Of a stretch of DNA of 64,000 nucleotides, positions 1 to 13,405 are shown piece after piece. The DNA lies in assembly GCF_032854445.1 (NCBI RefSeq), contig NC_088295.1, positions 28,692,498 through 28,756,497 of the forward strand. Direction: 5' to 3'. A program made the translations under genes and the position numbers. Below the pieces are notes generated by a model, which saw only the letters and a list, made by a program, of their open reading frames with translations, made no database searches and had not been told where the DNA came from. Within the stretch, counting starts at the first letter, position 1; each line of letters opens with the position of its first letter. This stretch comes from Liolophura sinensis. Its lineage: Eukaryota.

Positions 1-892
1 AGAAAGACGTTAAGATAAAATAATTTTTTGAGTGCATAGAAACGCAGTTTATTACATGTTGTTGTGTGAAAATATGCGCAGAAACAGGATACTCTAATGT
101 ATATAATTATCAATGGATATGACCATTGTTGTATTTTTGTAATGTGGGCGGAACGCTCAAGATGTATTTTATGATGTTACTTGTGTTTATGGAAGCTGAA
201 AAACAAGGCTATATGCGTTGTTACACCATTTGGTATATTACGGTGGTTTAATGTGAACAATCTTATGGTTGTATTTAACTTACAAATACGAGGGATATTG
301 TTTGCATCTTGTGTACGTCAATAACAACTATTATGGAAATTAATTACTTCTCGTTTAAATGACAACATACCTATAATAACGCCTTTTTGCCGGTATATGT
401 ATCTATCCCACAATTAGTTCGTTAATTTAGAACTTACATTTAAAGATTGCTAAATTATATACCAACTATATATATACCAATTTCCAGTGCTTCGTAACGA
501 TTCAAGCTGCAGATTTACGAAAAAGATGTAAATCTGTAAGATTTATTCATGATATCAATGTCTTTAACCATACAATTTTATGATTACAAATTAAAAACCA
601 ATGTTAGTCAGATAGTTTTATACTTAATTTTACATGTGGGTTACAAAGTATGCTTTTGTTCACTTAAACATGACCTTTAAATCAACTCAACAGACTATTA
701 ATATGAAAATTTTAGTTTTATATTTAAATTTGTATAATTTGGAAGAGAACGGCAGTCTTTTTGGAGACACTTTGAAGTCATATTATCCCCATTATGATAT
801 CATTAATATACCATTTATATCCAGCAAATGGTAATTAAAGGGCACATGCTTGCATTATAAACCGGTAGCATATACCGGCTATGTTGCATGAA

Positions 893-955
893 ATGTTAAA
901 AAAAAACAAAAAAAAAACAAAAAAACAAAAAAACAAAAACAAAACAATAATGTGA
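893..955. repeat. (A5-8C)n microsatellite
   Basis: aaaaaaaacaaaaaaaaaacaaaaaaacaaaaaaacaaaaacaaaac. Confidence 0.8.
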
Positions 956-3900
956 CATGATTTATTTGGAGGGAGGTGAAGTGTTTTTGCACATTAAAAT
1001 TGTTAGTGGGTCAACAAAATGTACCATGCAATGACGTTTGACGCCATAACATCACCAGAGCACGGCACTATTCTAGTAGACATTGACGCAGTTGCGTCCA
1101 GGTTTCACTGGTTTGTGGCATTCCATCTTCACATTCGTTATACCCGAGGCAGGGGATTTGTCCACAGGGCACCCATGCTTAATCTATCGCACCTCGGCAA
1201 TGACCTACCCTTGCACTAGGAGACGGAAAATCGACACTCTGTGTAAATACCGGCTAATCGGTAATGAGGTGTATTGTGTCTGGCCTCTCATCCTGATCAG
1301 TGCGGGCTTTGTTGTGACTACTAGTCCTCCTCACGGACACTTGACCATGTGTGGTCAGCTGCTGGTCATCTGACGTTTATCCTCCGGCCACAAGTATTGT
1401 CTCCATTGTTACATTGTTTCTTCTGTTGTGTTTTTTAAAACAAGGAAAATTATAAAATAGTGTTCACGGCAGTGCTCCAAACAAAATTCAGTATAATTTG
1501 TATGAATACTGTTTTTATGAAAATCTATGACTTCTTTATTCATATGGAGAAGTGTTCTTATTAAATTTAAATTAGGTGTCCTTCTTTATAAAATCGTGAA
1601 CTGAGAATGTGAAGCATACTATCTTTCACCGTACAGGTATTTGAAAACGTTCCTTAACAAAGTTATAATTACGCCTTACACTGATATTCCTTCAGTCACA
1701 CCCAGAACTCAAAGACCAAGTTTTATTCATGTGGCTACTTCTTCGCATGGAAGCGTTTCTTCGTTTAAATAGCCAAATATGTATTCATTTCAAAGTCTGT
1801 ATAGCATGTACATTCGGGTTATTCGTCTTTTTGACGCATAACTTAATCACTTATCAGACAAATACGGTTTTATTCATGGCGTACTTTTTTGATATTGTAT
1901 AGCGACGCCTAAGGCAAGCAGTTATTTATGAGCTTGTTATCTAATGGCTGGTTACTAGGTATATACCATAAACCGTGTATGCTTTTCCAAATGGGAATGA
2001 GCCATTTAATGTTACCAGCTTCCCAACAGTCATCCCAACGAAGACTAAACTGTACAAAGGAAGTCTATAAAAAAGGATAAAATTTGCTTTTGAGTACTTG
2101 ACAAATACCACACAGTATGTTACGCCAGAAAATGTCAAAATCGCTTATTGAAATCAATTTACAAAGAAATACTGCTGGGTTTAGGGGCGCGGGTGATTTC
2201 GTGCCGGTATATGAATAGACGGGAATTGAAGAGTCGCTTGTTTGTATTCAGCCCTGGACGGCCATAGTATCAACTGAGTTACAGAAAAACGTTGAATTCT
2301 GCCGTTTCACTCCTTTCAGTCACTTTCCCTTTTTCAGCAATTCCTAAGCCATGTCGGCTCGTCAATAGAAACCCTGAATAACATCCGACATAGTCAACAC
2401 TTAGGCCTCCGCCCGCCATTTGGCAGGTAGTTTTCTCAGCCCATACGCCAATCGCTGTTATAACATACTCCATGGTTGCCGTCAATGGGTGTTGGAGGCG
2501 AAGAAAGCCGAAAAGGCCGAGCCTAATTTGTCCTCTACACATTGAAAGGTGCACGGTTGCCCACAGCCTAAATCGGTGCTTTGTGCTGTGGGTGAGAGGC
2601 ATTCTAGACGTACTCTCTCGCCTCGAATCCCCATGAATACCTCTCTCGCCTCTATGTTTAGATACGTCAGTTGAAGTACCCACCGATTCTTCTCTCTTTA
2701 GACCACCTGACCCCGACAGCGCGACCCCGACCCGTTCCGCAAAATTCTTAATTACTCAGTCGAAAACTCTGTGTTATAAAGTTACAAAAGTTTTACAAAA
2801 TGTCAGTTCTTTACAGCTGTAGCATTTGAAACATAAATAAGGAGAGACGGTGAGAATATGCCTGGATGGATTGTTTCGCTTATCAAAGAGCGAATAAACA
2901 TGGAAATTTTCCCGTTTTGTTACCTTTTGCATTTTGGACCATTCAAGACCATGTTATAAAAAAGGGACGTGTTCATAATTTACGAAATAAATGTTCTCTA
3001 TTTAAGGGAGAGCAGTAACATGGCGTATGGGAACTTTAGGCGAACCTTTAATTTAGTTTTAATTTTTCAGATCAGCATATGCGGATGCCTCAGTCATGAG
3101 AACATGTGAACCAAACATCCATTATGCAAAGTCAACAATTTTCCAAAAAAATATCACAACGAAGAAATCCCCTATCTCTCTTAGAGTTCTCGTGTATAAA
3201 TTTGGTTAAACTTGCATTTTATTTGATGACCATTCTGACACTAATCTTGTGAATGAAACGTACAGCTTTGGAAATATTGACGCTTTCTGACAATATTGTA
3301 AGTCTATAAATATTATACGTTTAAGAAGCAGAAACCCGTGATTTAACACTGTGTTAGATATGTATATATAAACTAAACTGAGTTATTAATACTGGTACCC
3401 ATCCACTGGACTACTTTGTTTTAATTATGATCTGCCTGTTGGTTTTGTCGTTTCTTCACATTGTGTTCTGACGCCACGGCCCTAATGTCGATATGTTTGC
3501 AATGCTGCCTGACCCAAGACAACAACAATGACACCCACCTGAACACAGCTTTATGTCACCCAAGATTAGTCCCTGTGCTTCATTTAAATGCCGAGAACCA
3601 AGTCACTGGTTACAAGTTTTGAGTTTTTAATATTATTGAGTCATGTATCAAACGAATGTTGAAGGTTAACAATCATTGACAGCAATACGATCACCACTGT
3701 TAAAACCGTGCTTGCCTACCTAAATCACATGCTCTGATCTAATGTAAAATTTTAACTTTAATAGAAACTTAGTGTTCTGTTTGCTTGACATTCAATATAG
3801 AGACGGAAACGGAAACAACTCTCCACTGCACCTGGACAATGTGCCAGTGTCAGAGTATCTTAAAGTATAAACATGATGGAATAACAAAAATTCCCACACG

Positions 3901-3986
3901 ACACACTATGGCAATGACGTGTAGTGTACCAATTGCTAGAAAAAAATACAAAATAAAAAAGCAATGATGTAAAAGACTACAACAAC

Positions 3987-4127
3987 ATGGGGAATAAAAC
4001 CACAGCGAAGAAAGGTGATGGTAACTGGTCACATGGGGAATAAATCCACAGCGAAGAAAGGTGATGTTAACTGGTCACATGGGGAATAAAACCGCAGCAA
4101 AGAAAGGTGATGGTAACTGGTCACATG
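3987..4127. repeat. 46-bp tandem repeat x3 (GGGGAATAAAACCACAGCGAAGAAAGGTGATGGTAACTGGTCACAT)
   Basis: three near-identical units. Confidence 0.8.
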
Positions 4128-7100
4128 CATAACCGGTAAAATACGGCTCTTGTCGACTTAACCTTACGTAGGGTTTTATTCAGAATATTCATATAAATGC
4201 TTAAAGGGTAGCAGGTAGTATCCTTTAAACAGAATTAGGTATAGGAAGGCAGTGATGCTATTACCAAATATTAAGCGTCTCTGGTCTAGAATTACTCTAA
4301 AAGCTCTGTCGCTACGATATATGTTTAAAGTACTAATAATGGGGCGTTGACAGAAACTTGGGGAGCAAACCCAAATGACGACGAAAGCGTCATATAAAGT
4401 TAGCAAATAGTCACACGTAAATGATGAAATCTGGACTCTTGTCTATTAATTTACGTCCGTTTTTTTTTTTTTTTGCCAGCTGTTCATACAATGTCCAAAA
4501 GCAACAACTTATACTTCCCCTGGCACCATAGCATAAGAAGAATTTGGTAAAGAAAAATTGAGATGACATTAATTGTAATTTATTATACATCAATGGTCTA
4601 GTATTACTCAAAATGCTGTGTTGTCATCACATTTAATAAACATTTACATGAAAATACACGCAAGTAACATGTGTGCATGCAAGGAACAAAGAAATAGTAG
4701 ACAGATACCAGCTGGCCGTTATCCTATATGATTTATTGGATAGGTGTTTTACGCCATAGTCACTTATATTTCACTTATCCGACGGCGGCCATCATTATGA
4801 TGGGAGGAAACCGGGTTTATCCTATATGAAGGTGAAATTCCATGCATGTGCTAAAATAAACTGCACTTCTATTGCATTAAACTTCAAAATGTTCTCTAAT
4901 ACCAAAAATATATGACTTTGTTGACATGCAAGCCTTCATTAAGCACTGCTTTGCTTGAAATAAGAAAATATGCTAACATCATGTTTACATAAGCATATAG
5001 AGTTGTAGACAAAAAGCCACGCGACCATTCATCCACAAGCGAACCTATCACTCCTGCACAATTCTCGTCCGTGTCAAAGCACCGAAGGACAAAGAGGACG
5101 AGATCTTGATAACACCCCAATAGGAAAGTAATAGATTTTTCAACAGCTTGCGGGATGATCGCTTTTCATGTCAGTTTTTAATATTTAGTCAACGAATGGC
5201 CCAGGTGTGGTCGAGTGTTAAGGTAATAGACTAACGTAAGCTACTCGGGCCGGGCTCACACGGGCTCTTTTACAATGGATGAAAAGAGGCATATTTGTCC
5301 AAATGGTTCTTCTGTGTTGCAATCCGTTGCTGATTGTTCTGGGTGTGAACAATATAGGCCGATTGCAATTAAAAGTTAAAGAATTCCTTGTTGACAGTGA
5401 AGAGAGATATAGGCCGATTGAAATGACTATCGGGCTTCGAACCACATCTGTTGCTTCATAGAAGAGGGCTGTGAGATTCTTACGAACTGAGCTCGTCAAA
5501 TAAGCCTATAGTCTGTCAGCATAAGTGTACACTCAAGCGGAACAACATACCAATCCAACAGGACAAACAGATGAAACGAAATAATACAGCTTTTATAATG
5601 ACCTGTCTGAAAGTCTGCAGTGTGGTTAAAGAGTGACCCATCGCTGAGAGGGACAAAGTACTGTGTTTACCTTGAAAACTGGACTACTTCCGACACATTC
5701 TTATTTTGTTATTTAGAATCAAAAGCAAATGCAGGCCTGAAATGTTCTTTACATTAGTCTCTAAATAGAATTTCAATGGCTTCCTTGTTGTATTTTATGA
5801 GTTTCAGCTTGATATATCAGCGTTTTAGCCTCAAATGAAACATATAGTATTAGCTTATTGTTTTGTATCACACTGTTGTCTCTGCTTGGGCTTAACTCAC
5901 TTTTGAAACAAACTGTGGTAAACCGACGAAAGATTGGATTTCAACGTGAATACATGAAAACATTTGCGAACCATGACACCGTCGTCACTGCTCTGGTTTT
6001 ACTCTCTATACTGTATAGCCTTATCTTGTATCCCTGTATAAAAATGGATTTTGCTGGAGAAGTAAGCATCCCCTGTGCCTGGTTCATTTACATTGTTTTC
6101 ATGTTAATGTGTATGGAATGTGATCACAACACAGCATTTTGAGTAACTATGGACCAGTGACATCTAATAAACTGCCTCCTCAACATTAAAATCCTAAATG
6201 AGGTAAACTGTCAAGTGGTTGGATTTAACCGGTAATACGTGTGACCATTTTCCCACTATCACACCATCGTCACTATTGTGTTTTTGCTCTCCATGCTACA
6301 GTATTTTATATTAATATATTTGTCTGTTACCCTATATTGATGTTAGAGTTTTGACTGCTTCATTCGTTATTCTCACCACAAATAAACTATCCGATAACCG
6401 CTGAGGTTACAGGTTCGAACCCCGCTGTCAGATATTTGGATACCTCTTAAAGGTTGAAGGTTTTACACATTGGTGCTTTACTACTTGTGCTTAGGTTTGC
6501 TACACTTTTAAATCTGACTGCCGTCATATAAGTTACGGGTTTAGCATAAATAACAAAAGTTATTGACGTTCATTATAGTATTCAGTGATGTGAGTGCCAG
6601 GGTAAAATCAACGTCCATCACGAAGAGCCTGAAAACCTGACTAGAGGAAGACCAAACAGCGAGAGCTGGATCCGATCCTGTAACCTTTTTGCCCAGGGCC
6701 CAATCAGTTGCTGCGAGAAAAAGTACTTTATGTTAATGTGCCAGCGGGCTACTACTTCTAACCATTACATAAATGGTTTTTAATACGAATGTCTGCTCCG
6801 ATGTATAGATTATATAGTTCCTCCATGTGCCTATATATAGAACAAGCGCCATTACACATGCGCAAAGTTATGTAGTCTTAGAAGATATAGAAAACTGTGG
6901 TCGCTGAGGTCAGAAAGTCACGTTTTAATCTTAGGGGCTGATCCAGGGATTGACTTTGCGTGGCGCCAGGAGTTTGCTTCAGAGCACCTGGCGGTATATA
7001 TGGCCGACGCGCTGGTGTTGCGGAACTCTATCTAGAACAATGCAAAGTGTTGTTTGTGTCAGGAGCTGTGCTGCAGTTTCAATTTGATCATTTGAAATAT

Positions 7101-7180
7101 TAAATGTTGACAAAACGGTTTTTTAAATAATTATATACAGAAAAAAAATAAATAAAAAATAAAAAATAATTTAACCAGCC

Positions 7181-7545
7181 CCAATGGCTCAGTTGGTAGA
7201 GCGTTTGCTTCGAGGGCGGAAGATCCTGGGTCAATCCTGGGTCAGGTCACACCTTAGACTTTAAAACAGGAAGTTGTGGCTTTCTCTCTTGGCGTTCAGA
7301 ATTAAGGGGAAGTCAACGAGTGGTTGACCCGTATCAGTATAATGGCTCGCATGGGGCGGCTTACTTGCCTTCGGTAAGTCGTCTCAATGAAGCAGTACTA
7401 GACAAAAGAGCGGTGGAAATCCGTCCTGCAACAAGAGGGCACATTAAGCATACATGCACTTTAAGGGCTCCTTCAGTGTCATATGACTGAAAAATTGTTG
7501 ATTACGACGTATAAACAACCAAGAACTCGCTCTATATCCAAAATG
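7181..7545 (+). mobile_element. SINE family B (~350 bp): tRNA-like head GGCTCAGTTGGTAGAGCG.., long body, tail ..TGACTGAAAAATTGTTGAnTACGACGT(T/A)AAAC
   Basis: aligns to 55575-55935 over the whole length. Confidence 0.6.
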
Positions 7546-10500
7546 GTGCTATTAACGGTTAAACAATTAATGACTTACACCAACTAAAACCGTTACCCAC
7601 ATTCCTAAGTTATTGTATGTTACATGTGATTTAATTCAGTAATTCTAAACCAGTTTTGGGGTTTTACCCAATTCTGCGTAAGTCATGGTGCTAGGGGGCG
7701 AGTAATTTGCTGCTATTTAAGTATTTACATGAACAGTTAGAATAAAACCCTAGATGAGATAAATTGACATGATGCCGTATTTCACAGGTTACGTGTGACC
7801 ATTTGACAGTTATGACATTGTCGTCGCTGCTTTGGTTTTAATCTCTGTGCTTTTATTATATTATTTTGTTTTAGTTGCCCGTAGTTGCCAGTTTTACCCC
7901 ATCCAATCTTTATATACTGGCGGTCAGTTTTCATACTTGAATTGTAGTATTGTGTTTTGACTTTTTTTTAGGGAGCATTGATCCTTTTTTAAAAGCCTCT
8001 GTTATAACATGTAGACTAAATAGTAACGACGACCTTAAATACAAATACAAGATCTTATACCTATATGGGCTTACAGGTTACTGTTTCAAGTTTTCCGTTA
8101 AGCTTAAATGTATTTTCGTTCGCTGACCTGGTCAAAAAGTTAAGAAGAGATTATGATACCAAACTAATATCGTTTAATCCGACGATTAACTTTTTCTTTG
8201 CCCTCGGATTATCCTAATATTACTTAGAGGCATGGAATAAATCAACGATGATATAATCGCTTCTGTGAGTTGAAATGTAATGGAAATGAACCCATGGGTC
8301 ATTCTGTATACAATCTAGGCCTCAGACAATACTACCCTAATCGCCAGACGTAAACAGCATACCGGGAAACAACGTTTAAACCAAACGTTTTAAAATAAAA
8401 AGCATATAAAGAAAGAGATTAGGGTACATTTTTAGGGTATAAAGAAGCAGTCAGCAGTTCCCAATGATACTAATGTTCTAGGCGTGCCAATTTAATCAAT
8501 ATCCAAATCGTACAGTGGATGGTTGTTTATAAACTGCCGTTGATTAAAAACATGTATTTAAGTTGCTATCTTATTGTAACTCTTCATATACGTCTATCCA
8601 ACGTGGCCGTTTCATTCAGTACGATGTATAACCGTCATCTATACCTGCAGTCTTACACTGAATTGGGGTTCTTGATGAATTTCAATCATCCAAGAGTCAC
8701 CTTGACGAATCTATATAAATGCAGTGTCTACGAAGTTTTCATGGAAATGACATTGTCCCGGTTTTAACTCTATTAGATCATATTTGTCTTAAGATAACAT
8801 TTATGAGGTGATTTGAAATTTATTTTTTAAGTTCCGAGAATAAGCTTTAAAACTCCAGGCCTATTACAAATTTTCTCAGACCTTGAGGGATCGGCCCCTG
8901 TGTCTCAAGAACAAACTTTTGCTTTGTATATAGTTTATATTACAGACAATGCGATAGTAGGTTCAGTCGATCATTAAAAAAATATATATGTATTCACCAG
9001 ATTTGTATATGTAGAAGCTTATACTTCAGTTGTCATCTTATTTTTGGCCAATCATATTACCTCATTGTCCTATCTTCCAGGCCATAACTAGAGTTGACAG
9101 TTTCGCACATATAAATTTACAATAATTACATTTCTAAAGCGTTTATCTCGTTGTGGCCTGTATGTTGTACACCTAAACGTCATCTCCATTTCAAGCAAGA
9201 GAAGTTTCGAAATAGGCATGTCTGTAATTATAATTTTCTTTCCATTTAATATTTTTTTACATCCGGTATTTAAAGCCAACAACTTCTCCTTGAATACCAG
9301 TTTGATACAACTGTAACCAATTCTCACTGTCACCTTCCACCCAGGTAGATTGACAGAAAAGAGTGGCACATCAATCCACTCATAATTACGGATTTTTTTC
9401 TAAGGCTATATACTTTGTCTATACATAAATTTATAGACCAGCCAAGGATATCTTATGTTTTATAATGTTTGGGATATTCTCACATAAGCTAAATGTGTTA
9501 TCTGTAGTTATTTATAAGACTTCATGAGATCGATCTTTGAACATCGAGGTCTATAGCAATATTATCCTGCCCTTATGAACGCCATGCGTCCGCTGTAAGT
9601 CCAATGCGAACTAAGCCACGAGCGTACATGTATGATAAATAACTCAAGCAAGTCAATCGTGCATGTTTCCTCCACAAATAACATGAACAGGCCTTGGTTT
9701 TGATAGCTCAGGTTTAACGGATTAGAAGAAACTTTGTCTATCGCACGCTTTTACTTCCACCCGTTTTCACCCGATAAAAAGCTCGGCATTTCGCACCTGC
9801 CTGAGAGTTGGGGGGCGACACGACTCAGGTCTCTAATCCCACTTCAGGAACAGCCCACGGGCCTAGCCATATTGTTGTTGCGAAATCAAAAGGTCGAAGA
9901 CTTTCTGATCAACATTCACATTGTGACAATATCAATGGCTCTGGCTTGTCGCTCAGCTTGCTGCTTTCAGGCCTGACAAATTAGCCAGCTCATTATACGC
10001 GTATCATGGCGGACATTATGTCAGAGGTCTTTGTGATAGAGGCGAGCAGAATAGCTGCGGTGGCGGGACCCGGGCCCGCAGGTAGCACGCCATCATTATC
10101 CGCACAACGATAATCGGAAACAACAAAAAGAAAATCAAGAGGTTTTTGTCACTTATTCAACTGACCTTTGATGGTCAAGAGTAACCCGAGTTTTAATTAA
10201 GTGCCAAAGATCTGGCCGCTCCCTTATGGTTTCGGGCCGATCATGTGTGAGTCCAGCCAAAGGGCCTGTTAGTGACAATGCCGGAGGCAATCGGGTCAGT
10301 TAAAAGCTGCACAAATAACGTTTTTTGATAGAAATTGAGATTATTACTGGCCCGAGGGTACAAGTAACAGAGAGGGAATAGCAACTATCCCTCGACAAAT
10401 GCAACGCCTTCAATTAGGATCTGTGACAAATTGTGAAGATTGTCTTCAAGAGCACGCGAGAGAACGTTTTTTTTCGCTGTGTATTAGAATACCGTCGCTT

Positions 10501-11580
10501 GGACGTTAAGCCCCAAGCACTCACTCACTCACCGTCGCTTGGTCTAGTTGATGAGCTTCACTTCACAGCAGCTCAGACGAATTATCTGCCAAAAACAGAA
10601 TAAATGCTGGAAACTTATAAATATAAATCCATGATGATTGATTAATTTTACTGATTGTTGCTTAACGCGATTCTTGAGAATTTTTCACTATGGCCGTCCG
10701 CTATAGGCCTAGTGCAAGACAGGTGACCTTAGACTGCACAAATACTCATCACATCGCGTGATGACTATGCGATGTTTAGTTACAATGGTGTGAAGGGTTA
10801 GCAAATTTTTGGTGAAAATGATGCCACGATCGTTTTAGCATGATTACCCATCACAATTTCGCGTCATCGTTTTGTAGCAAGAGTTGATTTAGTGTAGTGG
10901 TTGATGGTCACTGTATACGATCTTTCTATTTAATTTGGCACCCGCACTCAGAACTTTTCCACACAAACTTTGCTTCCTTTGGAGAAAGTTTTTCGTAATC
11001 TTCTTTGTAACAATATTTAGTATAGTTTTATCCTTTTCCAATGCTCATAAAATAAATCTGAAAGCAAGCAAATGACTTCAATCTTTTATTTACCTGCACA
11101 TTCAGACCACGAGACCTTGTACGCAGTGCTAGATGGTTTAAAGGACAGGTGCAGGGGAAATAACTCTGTAACAAAGACACCACAAGGTCTTTCATGGCTA
11201 CACAGGATGTGGTCCAATGCATTATTACACTGACGGTTGATAGATGTCATTTAAAAAGCGGTTTTAAGTGATTAGGGAAAATGCAAATCTAAATAACGAA
11301 AATACTGTTACCCTGATGATCTGTTTGAATATAACAAGAACGATATTGAGCTTATTTTCTTCCTTTCCACCAGGCTATTTGTAATCACTTGCATAATTTC
11401 TGAAACGCGTATTGATCTTTTCTACAGTGAGCTGTGACAGTATCTGCTACATGTCTGAGCTTGTCTGTAATGACGTTCACACTCTTTTTATGCGTATGCC
11501 CAGTTTTATCACAGCGTAGTGTGAATACTGTGGTGGAGGCATAAAGGATTCTATAGTGTCAATTGGGTCAATTTTTGGTA

Positions 11581-11640
11581 AGTGTGTGTGTGTGGTGGGG
11601 GGTGGGGGTGGGGGGGGGGGTCATGAAAGCAGGCTGTTGT
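11581..11640. repeat. (GT)n then G-rich tract (GTGTGTGTGTGTGGTGGGGGGTGGGGGTGGGGGGGGGGG); potential G-quadruplex
   Basis: direct reading. Confidence 0.7.
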
Positions 11641-12140
11641 TAGGCCAATGAATGGGAACCACTGGATGGTTCACGAATGCAGGCCGTTGGAAGATTCATG
11701 ACAGTACGGCGTTGGGATGTGCACGAGAGCTGGCCGTTGGGAGGTTCATGAAGGTATCCGTTGGGCTGTTCATGAAAGGGGCGGCCCCAAGGTTCATGAA
11801 AGGGGTGGTTGAAATGATCAACAAAGTGGCCGTTGGAAGGTTCATGAAAGTGGGTCGTTGGGAGGTTCATGAAAGTGGGTCGTTGGGAGGTTCATGGAAG
11901 TGGGTCGTTGGGAGGTTCATGAAAGTGGGTCGTTGGGAGGTTCATGAAAGTGGGTCGTTGGGAGGTTCATGAAAGAAGACCGTTGCATGTTCATGAATGC
12001 AGGCTGTTGGGTGGTTCATGAAAGTGAGCCTTTGGGATGTTTATGAAAACAGGCCGCTGGGAGGTTAATAAAAACAGGCCATTGGGTGGTTCATGAAAGT
12101 TGGCCGTTGGGAGAATCATGAAAGTTGGCTGTTGGGGTGG
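11640..12140. repeat. 25-bp minisatellite, about 19 copies (GAAAGTGGGTCGTTGGGAGGTTCAT and variants)
   Basis: periodic GGTTCATGAAAG; ORF 11652..11972 (VGRFMK repeats) is an artefact. Confidence 0.85.
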
Positions 12141-12529
12141 CACGGGGTTTCTGATAGTAAGCCTTTGGATGGTTTATGAAACGTGACCGTCTGGAGAAAA
12201 GAGAAAGTTGGCCGTTGCGCTTCAAATATTTTGTTGTATTGCGAGGGCGTGCTGTTCGTAGTGAATAGCCGTAGTGACAGATACCGATATGTTACCAAGC
12301 AATACTACAGAAAGCATATAAAGTAAAAATAAAAATATGACTGAGTTGTGTGAAGATGCAAGGATTAATGTCCTAGGGGCGTAAATTTAAACAGTATCTG
12401 AACAGTGTACCATGCTAGTTTGTAACTTGTCGTTAATCAAAAATATATATCTCATTTGTGCTTTGAATGCAATAACCATGCCTATTCACGGATTAAGTGG
12501 AATTAGACATAACTCTGAAGTAGAGCACT

Positions 12530-13075
12530 GGATATTCTGGACATTTCGCCCACATTCAATAGCTTGTATTTCTCCTGAACATTTCGCCCACAGTCAATAG
12601 CTTGTATTTCTTCTGGACATTTCGCCCACAGTCAATAGCTTGTATTTCTTCTGGACATTTCGCCCACAGTCAATAGCTTGTATTTCTTCTGGACATTTCG
12701 CCCACATTCAATAGCTTGTATTTCTTCTGGACAATGCGCCCACATTCATTTGCTTGTATTTCTTACGGATAATGTGCCCACATCCATTTGCTTGTATTTC
12801 TTATGGACAATGTGCCCACATCCATTTGCTTGTATTTCTTCTGGACAATGCGCCCACATTCATTTGCTTGTATTTCTTATGGACAATGTGCCCACATCCA
12901 TTTGCTTGTATTTCTTCTGGACAATGCGCCCACATCCATTTGCTTGTATTTCTTATGGACAATGTGCCCATATCCATTTGCTTGTATTTCTTCTGGACAA
13001 TGCGCCCACATTCATTTGCTTGTATTTCTTATGGACAATGTGCCCACATCCATTTGCTTGTATTTCTTCTAAACG
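12530..13075. repeat. 38-bp minisatellite, about 14 copies (ACATTTCGCCCACAGTCAATAGCTTGTATTTCTTCTGG; later variant ACAATGCGCCCACATTCATTTGCTTGTATTTCTTATGG)
   Basis: two subfamilies of units; ORFs 12678..13131 are artefacts. Confidence 0.85.
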
Positions 13076-13136
13076 CTATCATCTTATACAATGAAAAATT
13101 GTACAAGACGGATTGTTCTTCTTCTTCTTAGCCGGG

Positions 13137-13405
13137 GGCCTCCGTGGCTCAGTTGGTTAGCGCGCTGGCGCAGCGTAATGACCCAGGAGCCTCTCACCAA
13201 TGCGGTCGCTGTGAGTTCAAGTCCAGCTCATGCTGGCATCCTCTCCGGTCGTACGTGGGTCGGTCCGGCAGCAGCCAGCGGATGGTCTTAGGTCTCCCCC
13301 GTGCTCTGTCCTGTTTCCTCCCTCCATAATGCTGGCCGCCGTCGTATAAGTGAAATATTCTTGAGTGCAGCGTAAAACATCACTCAAATAAATAAATAAA
13401 TCTTC
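13137..13405 (+). mobile_element. SINE family A, full copy (tRNA-like head GGCCTCCGTGGCTCAGTTGGTTAGCGCG.., conserved core ..CCATAATGCTGGCCGCC.., tail ATAAGTGAAATATTCTTGAG..(AAATA)n)
   Basis: A/B-box-like head and TAAA-rich tail; more than 15 copies or fragments in window, both orientations. Confidence 0.7.

Noticed and set aside
6385-6432. GGTTCGAACCCC B-box-like motif that could be a tRNA 3' half
   Set aside because: There is no matching 5' half, A box, or acceptor-stem complement upstream. It is likely a decayed tRNA or SINE remnant.
7181-7253. tRNA-like sequences at 7181-7253, 54659-54731, 13137-13210 and similar
   Set aside because: They have an A-box-like D-arm but no canonical anticodon or T-arm and no B box. 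They are followed by SINE bodies and tails and occur in many copies. They are SINE heads, not tRNA genes.
12530-13075. Regular direct repeats (25, 38, 40, 90 bp arrays) could superficially resemble CRISPR arrays
   Set aside because: The context is eukaryotic, with spliceosomal introns and SINEs. The units are contiguous with no unique spacers. They are minisatellites.
11652-13131. ORFs of 106-138 aa in the 25-bp and 38-bp minisatellites (VGRFMK, LLVFL repeats) and the 167-aa LVLAVLLHKH ORF at 23095..23598
   Set aside because: They come from periodic repeats whose multiples of unit length are divisible by 3. There is no start context and no homology.
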